DNA of 64,000 nt, from contig OX597814.1 of the NCBI GenBank assembly GCA_951406725.2, positions 49,476,001 to 49,540,000 on the forward strand, in the 5' to 3' direction. The translations under genes and the position numbers were made by a program. Shown here one piece after another: positions 12,221 through 25,767 of the stretch. The notes under the pieces were generated by a model, which worked only from the letters and a program-made list of their open reading frames with translations, was not told the DNA's origin and did no database searches. Source of the DNA: Octopus vulgaris. Lineage: Eukaryota. Every line of letters starts with the position of its first letter. Positions within the stretch are counted from its first letter, which is position 1.

Positions 12221-14047
12221 AGCTTTCACTTTTAATTGATACTTTCTCTGTATGACAGTCTTTTGTTAAAGTCTGATGATACCTTGGCTCTTAAGAAAGA
12301 ATTTCTGAGCTTATTGGGATAAAATCATAAGCTTAAAAACAAGGAGCATAAGGCTAACAAAACTGGCTTAATTAATAAGATATATTGCTTATACAATAGT
12401 TAAAATATATTGTGGATATTCCAATTTAATATGTACAGAAAATCTTTCAGTGAACATTTGTACTCCTTTCTTATAATGTATTCCAACCCGGAGGCTGTGG
12501 CAATGACATTATACAGTAATTTCTACAAATAATCTGTTTTAAAAAAAATATTTCACATCTATTCAATCAAGAATTGTAGCAACAGGATGACATCAGCTTG
12601 ATGAAGTTATTTTTAGAGTTGAAAAGTTGTTAAACATTGTTGATTAATCTTCAGCGAAATATTTTAATCTTATCATCTGATAACCTGTAATAAAAGACAA
12701 TATAAAACATAAGAGACAATAAAGTAATAACATGAACAGTACTGGGGTGAAGATATTTCATGTGTACTTAAAGTTAAAAAACTAGGAAGAATTAGTACAT
12801 ATTTACAGAAAAAAGGCACTGATATAGAAAGGTAGTGGAAATATCATGGAACGGGATAACTAGCATTATGATTATTGATCTTGGATTAAAGATCTTCAAG
12901 GAAGAATACTGGTTACAAAATCAAAGTCTGCAGAACTAACTAGAATATCTTAAAATTATTTTATCTTCCATCTGAACCAAGCAAATTTACGCTACAGATT
13001 ACTCCCTTTGACCCCAAATCTTCTCCTCTCACGTATAGCCCAATCATTTTCAGGAAACAAAACATCTTCGCCTTATATTGAACACATGCAGCTTTCAACC
13101 AATGGAACATCCAAATAATTGGTCACTGATATTAAGATGTGGTTTTCAAATACCACAAGTGCAATTCTTTCTTTTTCTTTGTCACTTTTGAACACCACTG
13201 AAACATTCAATAACAACTGCTGATATTTTACTGTTAGTATTCCTTTCAAAAGAAATAAATCATTCACTTTTGTAACTGACGTTGATGACCACTAATAGAA
13301 GACACACATTTTAAATATCTGGCCTTCATCTCTTTAACTCTTCAACTGACTGACCTCTTCTAATTATCTCTCAGAATGTTTTAATCATTATTTATTGCCA
13401 GTTGACATGGTCACGTAGAAAAGAAATTTAGAACATCATGTCTAGTATAAAAGCATACACAGCTGTAGATGTAAATATAATCAATGTGTGTAGATGTAAA
13501 TATAATCAATGTGAGATGCAGCCTATATCCAGAGAAGGTCATATGAAAGATACTGGAACTGAAGGAAACTCTTTACATCATCTCACAATTTTAATTATAG
13601 TTTGTCCTTACAAAATAGACCACATTAAAAAATGAAAACCATTAATGATATCAGATGTATAACTTTTAATTTACAATGAGTAAAATATAAAGTCACTGAA
13701 AGTTATCTTATTGTAAATGTATGTATCTTTGTCACATTTCTATGAAGATAAATTATAGTGCTAAATCTTTACATGAATAACTGAATTTCCCATATCAAAT
13801 TCTTATTAAATTTATGCCTGCCAATCTTGACTTATTTCTGTGTTTTAGTCAGTAATAGTCTGAATGTTGAATGAAAGCATGGCATGACTATTTTCTTGTT
13901 TATTTGTTACATACTTCTCTGATGCTCTTCATGTCTGTTTTTGGAGAACTCAAAGTAATAAACTGAAAAAAACTAAATAGTATGATAAATATATACCTGT
14001 AAATACTCTAGTACTTTCATTCTAAAAGAAATCCTTCAATAAACTTT

Positions 14048-14190
14048 GGCTGTGCGATAAGAAGTTTGCTTCCCATATGCATAGTCTCAGGTTCAGTCCC
14101 ACTGCATGACACCTTCTACCAAAGCCTTGTGAATGGATTTGGTAGACAGAAACTGAAAGAAGCCTGTTGTATGTGTGTATATATAAATAT
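14048..14190 (+). mobile_element. tRNA-derived SINE (GGTTCAGTCCCACTGC...GGATTTGGTAGACAGAAACTGAAAGAAGCC family), internally deleted
   Basis: Pol III A/B-box head; related copies at 26225-26430, 34995-35132, 37975-38328 and 47140-47255. Confidence 0.7.
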
Positions 14191-14319
14191 AGGGCCACTG
14201 ACCAGATCTATGGATGGTGCAAAGTCCCCTCTTGATGCAACAAGGTTGTTGACAAGGCTATTAGAGAAAAGAAACAGGCTTGGAAGGACTGGAAGTACGG
14301 TGGTAGCAGGGAATTGCAT

Positions 14320-14916
14320 CAGACTGCCAGTGGAACGTTAAGAGCACATCTGAATGTAGTGTAACTGGCCCACTTATGGGCGCCCCTCATTCATTGGACA
14401 ATGAACTTTGTTTGCAAAGACCTATTGAGGCAAATGTAAACAAATCAAAATCGCTGACGTGGCTGATGACAGTACTGCCTGATTGGCGTGCCAGTGGAAC
14501 GTTAAAAGCATATCCAAGCATGATCATTGCCAGGGCCACAGATTGGCTCCCGTGCCGGTGACACGTAAAAAGTACCATTTGAGCATGATTGTTGCCAGTG
14601 TTGTCTTACTGGCACATGGAAAACAACATTCGAGTGTGGTTGTTGCCAGTGCTGCCGGACTGGTTCCCATGCAGGTAGCACATAAAAACACCTTTTGAGT
14701 ATGGTCGTTGCCAGAACTGCCTGACTGGCCCTTGTGCCAGTGACATGTAAAAAGCACCCACTACACTCTCGGAGTGGTTGGCATTAGGAAGGGCATCCAG
14801 CTGTAGAAACTTTGCCAGATGAGATTGAGCCTGGTGCAGCCTCTGGCTCACCAGTCCTCAGTCAAACCGTCTAACCCATGCCGGCATGGAAAGCGGACGT
14901 TAAACGATGATGATGA
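14320..14916 (+). mobile_element. Long SINE-family copy with internal tandem units (GCCRGTGRMACGTWAAAAGCA) and (GAT)n tail
   Basis: Repeated units, then 'gttggcattaggaagggcatccagctgtagaaac...aacccatgccggcatggaaagcggacgttaaacgatgatgat'. Confidence 0.8.
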
Positions 14917-15339
14917 TACACACATATATATATGTGTGTGTGTGAATATAGACCTGTGAATACTCTACTACTTTCATATACACACATATATGTATGTATG
15001 TGTGTATCTTTGTGCTTGTCCCCCAACACCACTTGACAAATTATTTGATTAATATGGGTTTTAACTATGTTGTTTCTATTTAATAAATGAACAGCCAAAT
15101 CTATTGCACATGCATAAAAATGTATTATTCAAAACTAACAATTGCCAGATTGTATACACTTGCCATATTATCTATGATGCTTTGTTTTGCAACTATGTTC
15201 ATAAAATCTTCATTAATACCGGCATGTTTCTTTTTTACCCAGTGAATCACCAATTCCTCTTAACCCTTTGAACCTGCAAAAAATGCTTTAGCGAGCATGA
15301 TTCGTTTCATTATCACAGTATCGACCAGATCATCAGAGC

Positions 15340-16015
15340 CTATTATACGCCGCTAGTTACAATACGCTTCCAGTTGTCTTGACTGCGCCGTTCTTTTCCA
15401 TCTTGACCCAATCGTCTGCCCATCGTTGTAGAAGTCTTCCAAGTGGCCTTTTCCGATCTCTCGGAAACCTCTCGGCAACTGCATGAGTCCACCTGCTGTT
15501 TGTGAACAGTGAACCGGCCTAGCGGAAATTGTGCTTCCGGTACTCTACAAGTACATCATTCACTGCGCTCGATTCTCGAATTATCTCACTTCGAATATGC
15601 TCTCTTAATGACATTCTAGCGTGGATCTTTCCATGGCCCTTTGTGTCACATTTAGTCGATGTTCTATCCGCTTTCTTGTAGCCCAAGTCTTACTTGCGTA
15701 TCAGAGCGCAAGTTGGATAGTGCTATTGAAAAGTCTGGCATTATCTAGCTTTGTTTGGAGCATTTCCTCTATTGAGTTAAACGCCTCACTTCCTGCTCCT
15801 ATTCTCTTTGAGATTTCAGCATTCATTTCTCGGTGCATATTCACTGTGTGCCCTAAGTAGACGTACTCTTTTACCTCCTCGATTTCATCGCTTCCCGCCT
15901 TTATTTGGCCTTCGTCCAATGACCGCATATATCTGTCAGCGTATTCTACAGCTGGTCTGTGGTTCCAGCGATATACACGGTACAATGTCATCAACGAATC
16001 GAAGGTGTGTCAGTT
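15340..16015 (-). mobile_element. RTE-clade LINE remnant (RT C-terminal half) in the ZNF pseudogene intron
   Basis: LTHLRFVDDI (F/YADD motif, ~16012-15984), EIEEVKEYVYLGH...EISKRIG, TYASKTW, KRPLGR...RW. Confidence 0.8.
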
Positions 16016-16029
16016 TGATTATAACTCTT

Positions 16030-16149
16030 GGAAAATGAAAACGCAGGCGGCCACGTGGTTTTGTGTTTACGACTGAAAAAAGCGATGTTGCTGTCAATTA
16101 TCACGCCGTAAACATAAAACCACATGGCTGCTTACATATGCATTTTCCA
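16030..16149. repeat. Imperfect inverted repeat / small MITE
   Basis: tggaaaatg...gcggccacgtggttttgtgtttacg pairs with cgtaaacataaaaccacatggctgc...cattttcca. Confidence 0.6.
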
Positions 16150-16701
16150 GGCATATGGTCAAACGAAATTGTTCGCTTAAGTGTACTCGCGGGATCAAAA
16201 TTAAATTCATCGTTGTGTCGGTTAAAACGGTATCTTGATCTAACAAAAATATTTATATATATTGTTAATAGATTTTCAAATGCAAAATAGTGTTTGTTCT
16301 GATATTTTAGCTCGATATGAGAGTAAAGTTGAATATTCAAATATACAATCCTCATTCCAATGGAGTATTTCACTAGATTACTCTTCGACGAATGTACGAT
16401 TTACGTTTATGAAAATAACCTAACAGCATGGATAACGAAAAACTACGTCGTTGTGGAGGACAGAGAATAAAAAACTTTGAGGAAGAGTTAACTTGGATCA
16501 AAAATAATGAAGTAGGAGGTTGACAGCATTAGAAAATATCGAATAAAATACCTAACCAGAAAAATAATTAACTAGAGAGTTTAAATTAAAGAGAATAGAG
16601 AAAAGTAAAAATGGGTGAGAAAGCAGGAATGGTGAACATGAAGTAATGTATCAACAAAAGAGATGGTTGTAAGATGTCTATAATATACTAATGATACTCA
16701 C

Positions 16702-16988
16702 ATAATAATATAGTTTAGAAGATGAAAATAGATTTAAAACTGAGGAGTACACTATTAGATTGATTTATCAGTTCTTTCAAATATCTCTATTTTTTTCTGG
16801 TTAATGAACTATCTCTTAACTTAACAGCAGTAAATATTTAGATATAACTAAAACAATGTAAGTAACTGTAAAGAAATAATAATATACCGACAATGCTTAT
16901 AGACAGACTTAGTTGCTAAGAACGACATAAAGGATGTAGTTGATTATAAGTAAAGAACTCCCCTCCAATCAGTAGAGAGTGCTACAAC
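16702..16988 (-). promoter_or_regulatory. Paralogous non-coding first exon and promoter of ZNF copy 2 (CCAATCAG box)
   Basis: Donor GTGAGT at 16701-16696; homology to 5414-5723. Confidence 0.5.
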
Positions 16989-17439
16989 GCTACATTTTGT
17001 TTGTTCGTTAGAGACGGTCCATCCCTGCACGTACATAGTTAATGTGCCCTTCTTTATTGTACTTTAATCTTATGTCAACCCTGACCCTGCAGGTTGGTGT
17101 TAGTTGATGCACTTCCCTTTGTTCGATACGTTCCCCTTCTTGAAACGGTTTGTGTCGAATTTGCATTAGCCTTCAATAAGGTTATTCAAGCTGTTAAAAA
17201 TAGCAGTCAACTCTCAATTAGTGATAACAATCAAGTTACAAATAAATTACCGAAATTACGTAAAACATTTATAAGAAAGTTATAAAACTGAAATTATTTT
17301 AATGTTATAACTTACAAGACTCCTATGAATTTTACAAAAGGTGTAATGTAACTTTTACTTAAATGTTACAAATTCAAAAATTGATCCTCAAAATTGAAAA
17401 AGAAACCTTCATCGAATCTGATTCTATGTGAATTCGGAA

Positions 17440-17640
17440 AACCGTTCTCGATGACATAACGGCTTCTTTCATTCATACACTTAGCTTTTTCTCGTGACTT
17501 CACCATGGATTCCTTTTCAGTCAACGAGTAAATTAAATACCTGAGGTGATTAACGACTCGATCATATTTTAAATCGCCTAAACTATTATTGGCCATCCGT
17601 ACATAAATCCAAATTGAAGAATCCATTTCTCCATCATGGG
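17440..17640 (-). mobile_element. Merlin/IS1595-like transposase C-terminal remnant
   Basis: DSSIW...ANNSLGDLKYDRVVNHLRYLIYSLT.KESM..SREKAK resembles the Merlin/ISXO2 pattern GSTIxSDxWxAYxxLxxxGYxHxxVNHS...IESxWxxxK (by-eye similarity only). Confidence 0.45.
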
Positions 17641-18699
17641 ATGTGAGAGAGCTACTTTCAACGGGAATGAAATGAGTCAAAGGGAGTATCTACATAGTCG
17701 CTCGATCTATTAGAAATAGAAGCCAAATCACAATTTAGTCTTAGGAAAGGAAACATTGGATGATATGTGTCTGAGTTCCTTACAAAGCAAAAGACGTGAT
17801 GATTACATCTGGAATGTCTACTCGGTCAGGGATGATCTTGAGTTACATAATAACAAAAGATACGAAAACATGAAAACGTCTATTCATTTTTCGTTAGATT
17901 CAGGTTCATAACATACAATGAGTCACTGCTCCCCTCTTATTCACCCTACGTGTATTTTGCGATGCACAAAGATCATTCAATTTCAGCAATAAATAAGGGT
18001 CCACCTATTTTTGCAGGATTTTGTTGGAATATTCTAGCAGAATTTATTAATTTCACTTAACGATTGCACAATCATGTTTGATCAATTATTGAGACAATCA
18101 GTCAGCACCTAAACACCACAGATAGGTCACACAAAGAATTTGCTAGAGCCCTAGCAACGATTTTTCTAACAATTTCTTGTTGAAAGCTTGTAGTAGGCTT
18201 TATATGCAGGTTAATGAGATCTCAGTTTCGCACTGTGCCAGCACCAGTAATAATCCGTTAAGTTTTGGCTATAGTATAAGTTATCTTTAAAACTGAGCTG
18301 GTAGGTCGGTTTTGAGGATGAAACCCACTCCTATCTGCATCAGCCTTATTTTCCAAAAATTTTGGTTAGCTATCATACTGAAAATTACCTCACTTCGCTT
18401 TAGGTTTTATATACATCTAGAGGGAGTTTTTGTCAACTAGCTGCGTTGACAGTTATACTGAAATGCGACTGTATAGGCATTTAATATACAGAACAACCCC
18501 CAGCTATATTATGTAACTGTACTGGGCACCGTATTGCCATTATCCATGACCTGCAGATCCTACTTATAATTTTCTCTCCCACCCTTTTCCCCTGCTAGAT
18601 GTGAGTAGCCATGAACATCCCACAACCCCACTCCATAGCAATACTTGTCCCTAGCATGAAGTTCACCCCCACCACCTCTCATAATTTGCAGTTAGAACT

Positions 18700-18838
18700 G
18701 CATGGTGACCTCATAGTGCAGGTGGCACAAGAAAAAGTACCCATGGTTGGCATTAGAAAGGGCTTGATGCAGTCTTTGAACTCATCGGATCCTGTCAAAC
18801 CATGTAACTGATGCTAGCAAACATTAAATGATGATGAT
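18700..18838 (+). mobile_element. Degenerate (GAT)n-tailed SINE fragment
   Basis: 'ggttggcattagaaagggc...cattaaatgatgatga'. Confidence 0.55.
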
Positions 18839-18933
18839 TATATATATATATATATGTGTGTGTGTAAGAAAGAAAAGTTTGTATATTAAAATTTATGGTG
18901 ATATTAGGATCATATTACAACATTACAAATTAA

Positions 18934-18972
18934 ATAAGTACCGGTTTCACGATCAAACGATTGTCAACTTAT
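18934..18972 (-). ncRNA. Minimal hammerhead-like motif (U3-A8 variant) downstream of the Penelope ORF
   Basis: Minus strand ATAAG-TTGACAA-TCGTTTGATCGT-GAAAC-CG-GTA-CTTAT; stem II weak. Confidence 0.5.
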
Positions 18973-19011
18973 ATTGTGAAAACTTTTTTGCTGTCAATAG
19001 GACACCATTAA

Positions 19012-19230
19012 CCCTTTAGTGTTCAGATTATTCTATCAAACATAATGCTTATTGATTCCCATTGATTTGAATTAATCATGCATTATCTCATATCTTCAAG
19101 ATCTTGATGGTGTAATTACTTAATGTAGAATAACATTGTAGGGTAGGTGTGAGAGCCTGAATCTGGTCTGTTTGAGCATAAAACAGATTAGCTATTTTGG
19201 CTGGATATGGCAGGTTTAAATACTAAAGGG
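19012..19230. mobile_element. piggyBac-type MITE (TTAA|CCCTTTAGT...ACTAAAGGG|TTAA)
   Basis: TTAA TSD and CCC/GGG TIRs; second copy at 33803-34019. Confidence 0.8.
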
Positions 19231-19737
19231 TTAAAAAAAATTGAACAGAGAAGAAGCAATATGTTAAGCAGAGAAACTCCTATGTTTTCATGAAGCTCTT
19301 CCGTGTTTTTGGCAAGCATACAGTTACAGGAGTCATTTCATTTTATACAGTTAATTATATTACCGTAATAGGTTTAAAGATTAAGCAATAATGTGTGAAT
19401 GAGTGTATATACATATATTTTATGCTCTAAGATCGCATTTTCTCTCTTGTAAAATATATATGTATGTATATATATATATACATACACACACACACATATA
19501 AGTATGAACAGTAATTTATACCTAAAAATTGTGGTTAGCATACAAATATAACTTTTTTGTGTATGTTGAAATTCCATAATTGAATAAAATAAATCAGTCC
19601 AATAGAAAATGAATGATAAAGCAATTGCCAAAATATGAATATTTTCTCCATAAGTCATATCGGACCTCTCATGATTCAGGTTTGAATATGAATGGGTGTC
19701 CAGGAGTCAAGTAATTAAGTGACAATTAGTAATACAA

Positions 19738-21057
19738 TTAAAATGAATTGGTGTTTCGTTCAGGTTTGTATTTTTGGATGAAATATGTCTCTTTATTGAA
19801 TCGGGCTTGTGTAGAAGTCCAGTCAGCAAACTTATATAGAAGGAAAATAGTGAATTTATGTTCTATTTGTTTCATACATACATCGATATGTTCACTGAGA
19901 TAAATTTGGCGATATTGTGGTGAGGCTATCTGTTGACGATGCACCGCACAACATTGATGGATAGAATTCCCTGTGCTACTGATATAGTCTTTCTGGCAGC
20001 CCAAGCATCTGATTTCGTAGATCAGATTTTCGGATGCACAGGTGAAATTTAATTTAATTGTAAAGTGTTGCCCTTGTTTAAAATAGTATTCTGACCCTTC
20101 CGAAAGGTTGGGGCGATTACATTTTTTTACTTTAAAGCTTGTTGTGGAGAGGAGTAATTTTGCATTAGTTAGCAGTTTCTTTAATGACTTAGATTGCTTG
20201 TTGCATTTGACAATTTTAATGTCACGTAAAATTTTTTTAGTTTTGGGTCCTTGCGTAGTATTGGTAGGTTTTGTATGATTGTGCTGCTGAATGTTTCTTT
20301 GTTTCTGGGGTTGTATGTGGAAATGTAGGGCAGTGTTTTAAGGAGACGTTTGTTAATGTCTTTGGTTTTTCTTAATGTCTCAGTGTGGATAGATTTGGCA
20401 TGTTTTATTCCTTCATTAATGAGTTGGATTGGGTAGTGTCTATCCAGGAGGACACTTTTCAGTTCTTGTAGTCTTAAATCTCAAGTTTTTTTCTCTGAGA
20501 CAATAGTGCAGATTCTCCTTGCAAGGTTGAAGGGGATGTTTGTTTTTGTGTCTCGGATGACAAGAGCTAAAAAGAAGGTATTGTTTTGCATCTGTTGTTT
20601 TATAAAATATGTCTGTTTCGATTTCGTTGTTTGTTTTTTTTAATTAGAATGTCTAGGAATGGAAGTGCCTCCTGGTTGTATTCCATTGTGAATTGAATGC
20701 TGTTTAGAAGTGTTTTAAATTCTAGGAATTTATGTTGTTATTCTAGAGTATGAATTTAATTGATTCAATGATGGTTTTGTTTATTCGTTCTGGTATTTCC
20801 TCTGGATGTAGTTCTAGCCAGAATCGAATCACTTCCATTCCATAATCATGTGCAATGTTGGAGTATAGGTTTATAACATCGGAGACCATGAGAGATTCTT
20901 CCCTGACCTGTTCTGGATGGTTCAGCATGTCTAAATCATCTCTGATGTAGCTTCTAATATGTTTTAGATATGGCTTCAAGCAACAGAGGTTGGCAAGAGA
21001 GATTGTTGTGAGAGGTTTTCGGAGGTTGGTGAGAGAGGTTGTCAGAGGGAGAGGCAT
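19738..21057 (-). mobile_element. Decayed Penelope-like retroelement (RT plus GIY-YIG endonuclease)
   Basis: RT segment LKPYLKHIRSYIRDD...SDVINLYSNI; IQFTME...LPFLD; TDIFYKTTD; GIY-YIG TCASENLIYEIRCLGCQKDYI...HRQQI...ETYFIQKYKP. Confidence 0.85.
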
Positions 21058-21082
21058 CTTTGTTCCAAAGTTTCAAGTCTTG

Positions 21083-22143
21083 CAGGGCTTCGTGATACAC
21101 AATATTTTTGGTTTTGCCATTGGGTGCATAGATGAATAAATTTTCCGAATTTCCAACTCTAAAGCTGTCCATGAGAAAAGTAGGATTGGGACACACTTAT
21201 TAAATACGTTCTGGAATCAAAAATTTATCTTCTGTCATCGAAAAAGTTTAACTGGAAAAAGGCAGAATTATTGGAGTTATGGGCATTCAAAGTGTAATCA
21301 AATTTAATTGAAAATGCTGCATTCATTGTCAGCATTTAGTTATTTGGAGATATTGAAAAAATGTCTATTAATGCATTAATAGACATTAATTACAGCAATA
21401 TGTATATAACTGTTCAGATGTTAAAGTAGAATAGATGAAGAATAATTGTTTGATTTAGTAAATATCAAACATAATGAATCAGAGACTTACTTGAGATCGC
21501 TGTTGTTGCATTAGCAGCTTGTGAAGTAGAAGTACCCATTCGTTGTGGCATTTTAAAAGTTAACTTTATCAAGGCTAATTTATTAAAGTTAGTATATAAG
21601 TGTAGTATATATGTAAGCGCAAAAAAGTATGTAAGTATATAAATGCATGAATGAAGTTTTTAAAGTTTAAGATTCAAATCAAGAGAGTACAATAATAAGG
21701 TTAGCGCAAAAAAGTATGTATGTATATAAATGTATGAATATAGTCTTTAAGGTTTAAGATTCAAATCAAGAAAGTGCAATAATAAGGTTTAACAGTTCTA
21801 ACTGTGAGTAGTGAAATGCAGAATTGGGTCTGCTGATCGTGAGAATCAAATATTGATCACTTCGCTAAAAACTGACAATTGTAAGTGCAGGTGCTATGGG
21901 CTGTTTCTTTTCAATGTTTAAATAAAATACATTAGTTATATGTAGTAGATATAAGGATCCCTTCCAGGGGCCCTATTATCGATTTTTTTTCCCAACAATC
22001 TAAGTATGTCACAAGGTTTCCAGACATGAGTTCTATTCACGTGTCAAGTTTCATCAAAATTGATATAAAATGATGTAGGAGGAGTTAGCAAACAACTTCA
22101 CAAACAAACACACCCAGACAGAATTTCCAACATATATAGTAGA
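21083..22143 (-). mobile_element. Internally deleted Helitron: TC 5' end, putative first exon, and RepHel helicase C-terminus
   Basis: A|TCTACTATAT at 22143; FSHGQL*...RVGNSENLFIYAPNGKTKNIVYHEALQ at 21190-21083; MPQRMG...|GTAAGT at 21551-21491. Confidence 0.7.
21616..21790. repeat. ~88-bp tandem duplication inside the Helitron
   Basis: agcgcaaaaaagtatgta...gattcaaatcaag...aataataaggtt occurs twice. Confidence 0.85.
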
Positions 22144-25100
22144 TATATATATATTTTGCAATTTTTTAAAGAGTAAAGAGGTGGATTTAATTTTAAATAA
22201 CTAAGAAATAAACATGATGTCAATTATAAAGCTGTATTGACATCAATATGCAACATTAATTACAATTAAGTAAATAAGAAATACCTTTATGCAAAAGATA
22301 GCATTAATGCTATTTTTTTCTAATTAGTAATCTGACAAACTTAGCATTTAAAGTGTTTTTTTCCTTCTGTCTATGAATTAAATATAGTATCTATTCATTA
22401 GTTTCTGTATTTTGGGTGATATAATTTCTCCAACATTAGAACATAACATACTGCTAATAATGGGAGTCAAACTCATGTCTTTAGCCACTGGATAATAGTC
22501 TATTTTAGTTTGCTACTTTTAGATTACTGAAAGAAAGACAGCAGAAATAAAATAAGAGAACCAAAAAAAAAACAAAGATTTTTTTCTTTAATTTTATTAC
22601 AAAATTGAAATATGAATGGGGGAATAAAATGTGAGAAATTGCTTCCTATACATATTAGTATGACATGCATAGGTATCTATGGCAGACAACACTGAACACC
22701 TAAGTCATAAGAACATGCCTCTTCCTCAGATGGTATTATATTAAGACATGAAAGGAAGACAGTGGCAAAATTCAAGAACAGTGCTAGAAAATATACATTC
22801 AGCATCATTTAAATGCTATATTATAAAGCCATATAGAACAAAAATTTGCCATTTGCTTTAGCCACAAAGTGTAGCACATCAGAGGTAATAAATACAACAT
22901 TTATCAGAAATATTGGAATCACTAAACAAGTTGTAAAACTAAAAAGATATTGTGAGCTTGATAAAAAGTTTAAGTAAAACCTAAAAATTCAATCAATGAA
23001 TACAATAAAACTAAACCACTTTTGACACATCACAGTAAAATGTTCAAATAGCTGTTGAAAATGGTTACATTAACTTATCAACTATAAAAATATTGACTGA
23101 AGAAGATAATTCTAAAACTATTAATTTAAATGATTAGAAACTAAAACTAACAAATGAAACTAAATTTGTTTATCTTTGAGCATAATTAAAAAATGATTAA
23201 AGTAAAACTACTGAAAGCACATAAACTCTGTCAAGTCAGGAGTATAAAAGTATATCTTTCAAACGATCCCATGAGGGTGGGAATGCTGTAGTTTCAAATT
23301 AAACTTCTCAATATGAGTAATTATAAATTGCAGACAATAAAATCTTCAAAAGTTTAAAGAGAAAATAATTCCTAAGTGAACTCAAATTTGCTCTGCTAAA
23401 ATATTAAGTTTTTTTCCCCCCAAAAGAATTACACTTCCTCCATCACCAACAAAAAATGTGATATTTCAAGTAGTTTAAAGGAGTTTAACTTTAAAATACA
23501 ATCAAAAAGATTTGATTGAATATAAAAAAAAAAACCTGAGAAAATGTAATACTTACAAACATCTGATATTAGTATTATAATATTAACTTTTATTATTAGC
23601 ACACTTGCCAAAAAACAATTTGTAACTTAACATAATTTTTCTTCCTTCTAGCAAAATTTGAATATAAATTGAACCTTGGATACCAAAATGGCTACCCTAT
23701 TAGAAACAATTTTAGTCTTAGAAAACTCTTTTATACATTTCAGAATGTTTCCAGACATTATTCTGGTTGAAAAAATAATTGTATGTGAGATTCAAGTATA
23801 TATCAAAATTAATTAAGAAAATTTAGATACATAGTGTTTAGATGTGGTTAATAGTGATTGGGATATACAATTCATGCACTAATATTGGTTGTTCCTTATT
23901 TGCTCTGAGTCAACTGATTACATTAATACTTGCAAAAAGTTTTAAAAGACCAGAATAAAAAGCACAGAAAGGTGAGTGTAAGGTTTTAGATTAGTATAAT
24001 AGAAAGCACATTTCAATCAGATATAATACATCTAATAAATTTGAAGATAAAAAAAAACAAAAAAAAGCTACTTATTGTCCTGCTCCACTTGAAAATAAAA
24101 TCTCTAGATCTAGTAACCTATTTAATTCACTATATGAAAGTCTTATTTGTCTATTACATATAAAACTTGACAGTGCATTACTATGTTTTGAATAGAAATG
24201 TTTCAAACTGAAGTTAAGAATTCGAACTGTAGATTTTGAAAATAAGCTATCTTCTAACAAATGAATTGAATTATAATAGCAAAATACTTTAAGTTATTAA
24301 CTATATGGTGTTTAATAGAGTAGAGTCAACAAGCTAAAGAGAAATACAGGAATAAAGATTATATCAACAACTTGTGGATAAATATTTCTAAATATTTTGT
24401 TTTACTAATTTGAAAGAGAAATAGTTACTTTTCAAAAAGCTTTACTTTTAATGTTAAAATATATACTACAATTTAAATATGCTACACAAGAGAAAATGAT
24501 ATAGCCATAGCCCCGTTTCAGATAATGGACTGTGTTCAGTATTGCCTTCTTTTGTGGATCAGTGCCATAGGGGCTAACTATTTACCCAGATATTGGTTAG
24601 TAATGAACCCCCCAACTCTCAACAGAGAAAAGACCAACTGGATTGAAGTTACAAGAAAATTAATATTGAAGATAAATGTAAGTTACTACTATCTATATAA
24701 TAAAAGTACCTAAGTAATAAAGAGAGTTAAGTAGATTTGTCTTAAATATTTATTGAGAATAAATACTGTATAAGAAGAAAAAAACAACTTTATGTCTATT
24801 TCAATCACAGGTAAAATGAATTAAGTCTACAATTTACAGTAACCTAGCCACTGCACAATCACAGTCAACTAATGTAAGACAAACCATCTGAAGTTTTACT
24901 TTACCAAAACCTAAAGGTCAAAATAGCAGGGTGAATTATTCCAACTATATTGTTCAAGCAATGATCCACATGTCACTATCACAAAAGACTGATTTTTAAT
25001 CTTGGTGTTATTTCCTTTACACTTTTTGTTAATATTTCTAAATGCTTAATATAGTTAGTAGAATAATGCTGAATAAATGATGTCTACTGGTATGTAATGT

Positions 25101-25737
25101 AATGAATGACGGTGTGAATCATACAATACAGAAACTAATCATAACAGTACAATAATCTCCTGTCTATATAATAGACTTTACAGAGATCAAGGCAGTTCAA
25201 CGCATAGCTACCTTCAGATAATCACTAGTTTGCTGTGCACTCTTCCATCAGAATCAAACTGATCATACAACCAAGAGATGTTATGAAACTAAAAATAATG
25301 ATTATTAGAAAAGAAATCAGTACACACATATTACATTTATTTCCAAAAAGGAAACTGCAAAGAATAATCAGGATAGCAAGGGGACACCACACAGGGTTAT
25401 AGAAGGTGCTCAGTGCACCTAGCAGCTGCTACTGAACAACTAAGATGGCGCATGTAAAGGAAGATGGATATTTGTTCGACAACAATGAAGAGACCATTCA
25501 ACTTAGAGTTCAATATTCAGCTCTAGCAAGTGTGAGAGCAACAAGAAATAAGAAAGTCCAGAATTAGTCTCTTGCGAGACTTAACAGCCAAAAACAACAC
25601 TAATGGTGAATGAAGGTAAATGATAATTGAAGTATGTGAGAATTTTTATGTACATCTGTTCTGAAGGTGCTGGTAGCTGTTGCCTGTCATTGCTGGATTA
25701 AAGCTGGGCTAAAAATCTTTCTTGTATCTGTCATATT

Positions 25738-25767
25738 TCACTCATCTACATACGGCAGCCAGAAAGC
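25738..25767 (-). CDS. WDR82: WDR82 exon 9 (AFWLPYVDE*)
   Basis: ttttcag acceptor; completes a 942-nt CDS (313 aa). Confidence 0.9.
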   Translation of the reverse strand, partial: AFWLPYVDE

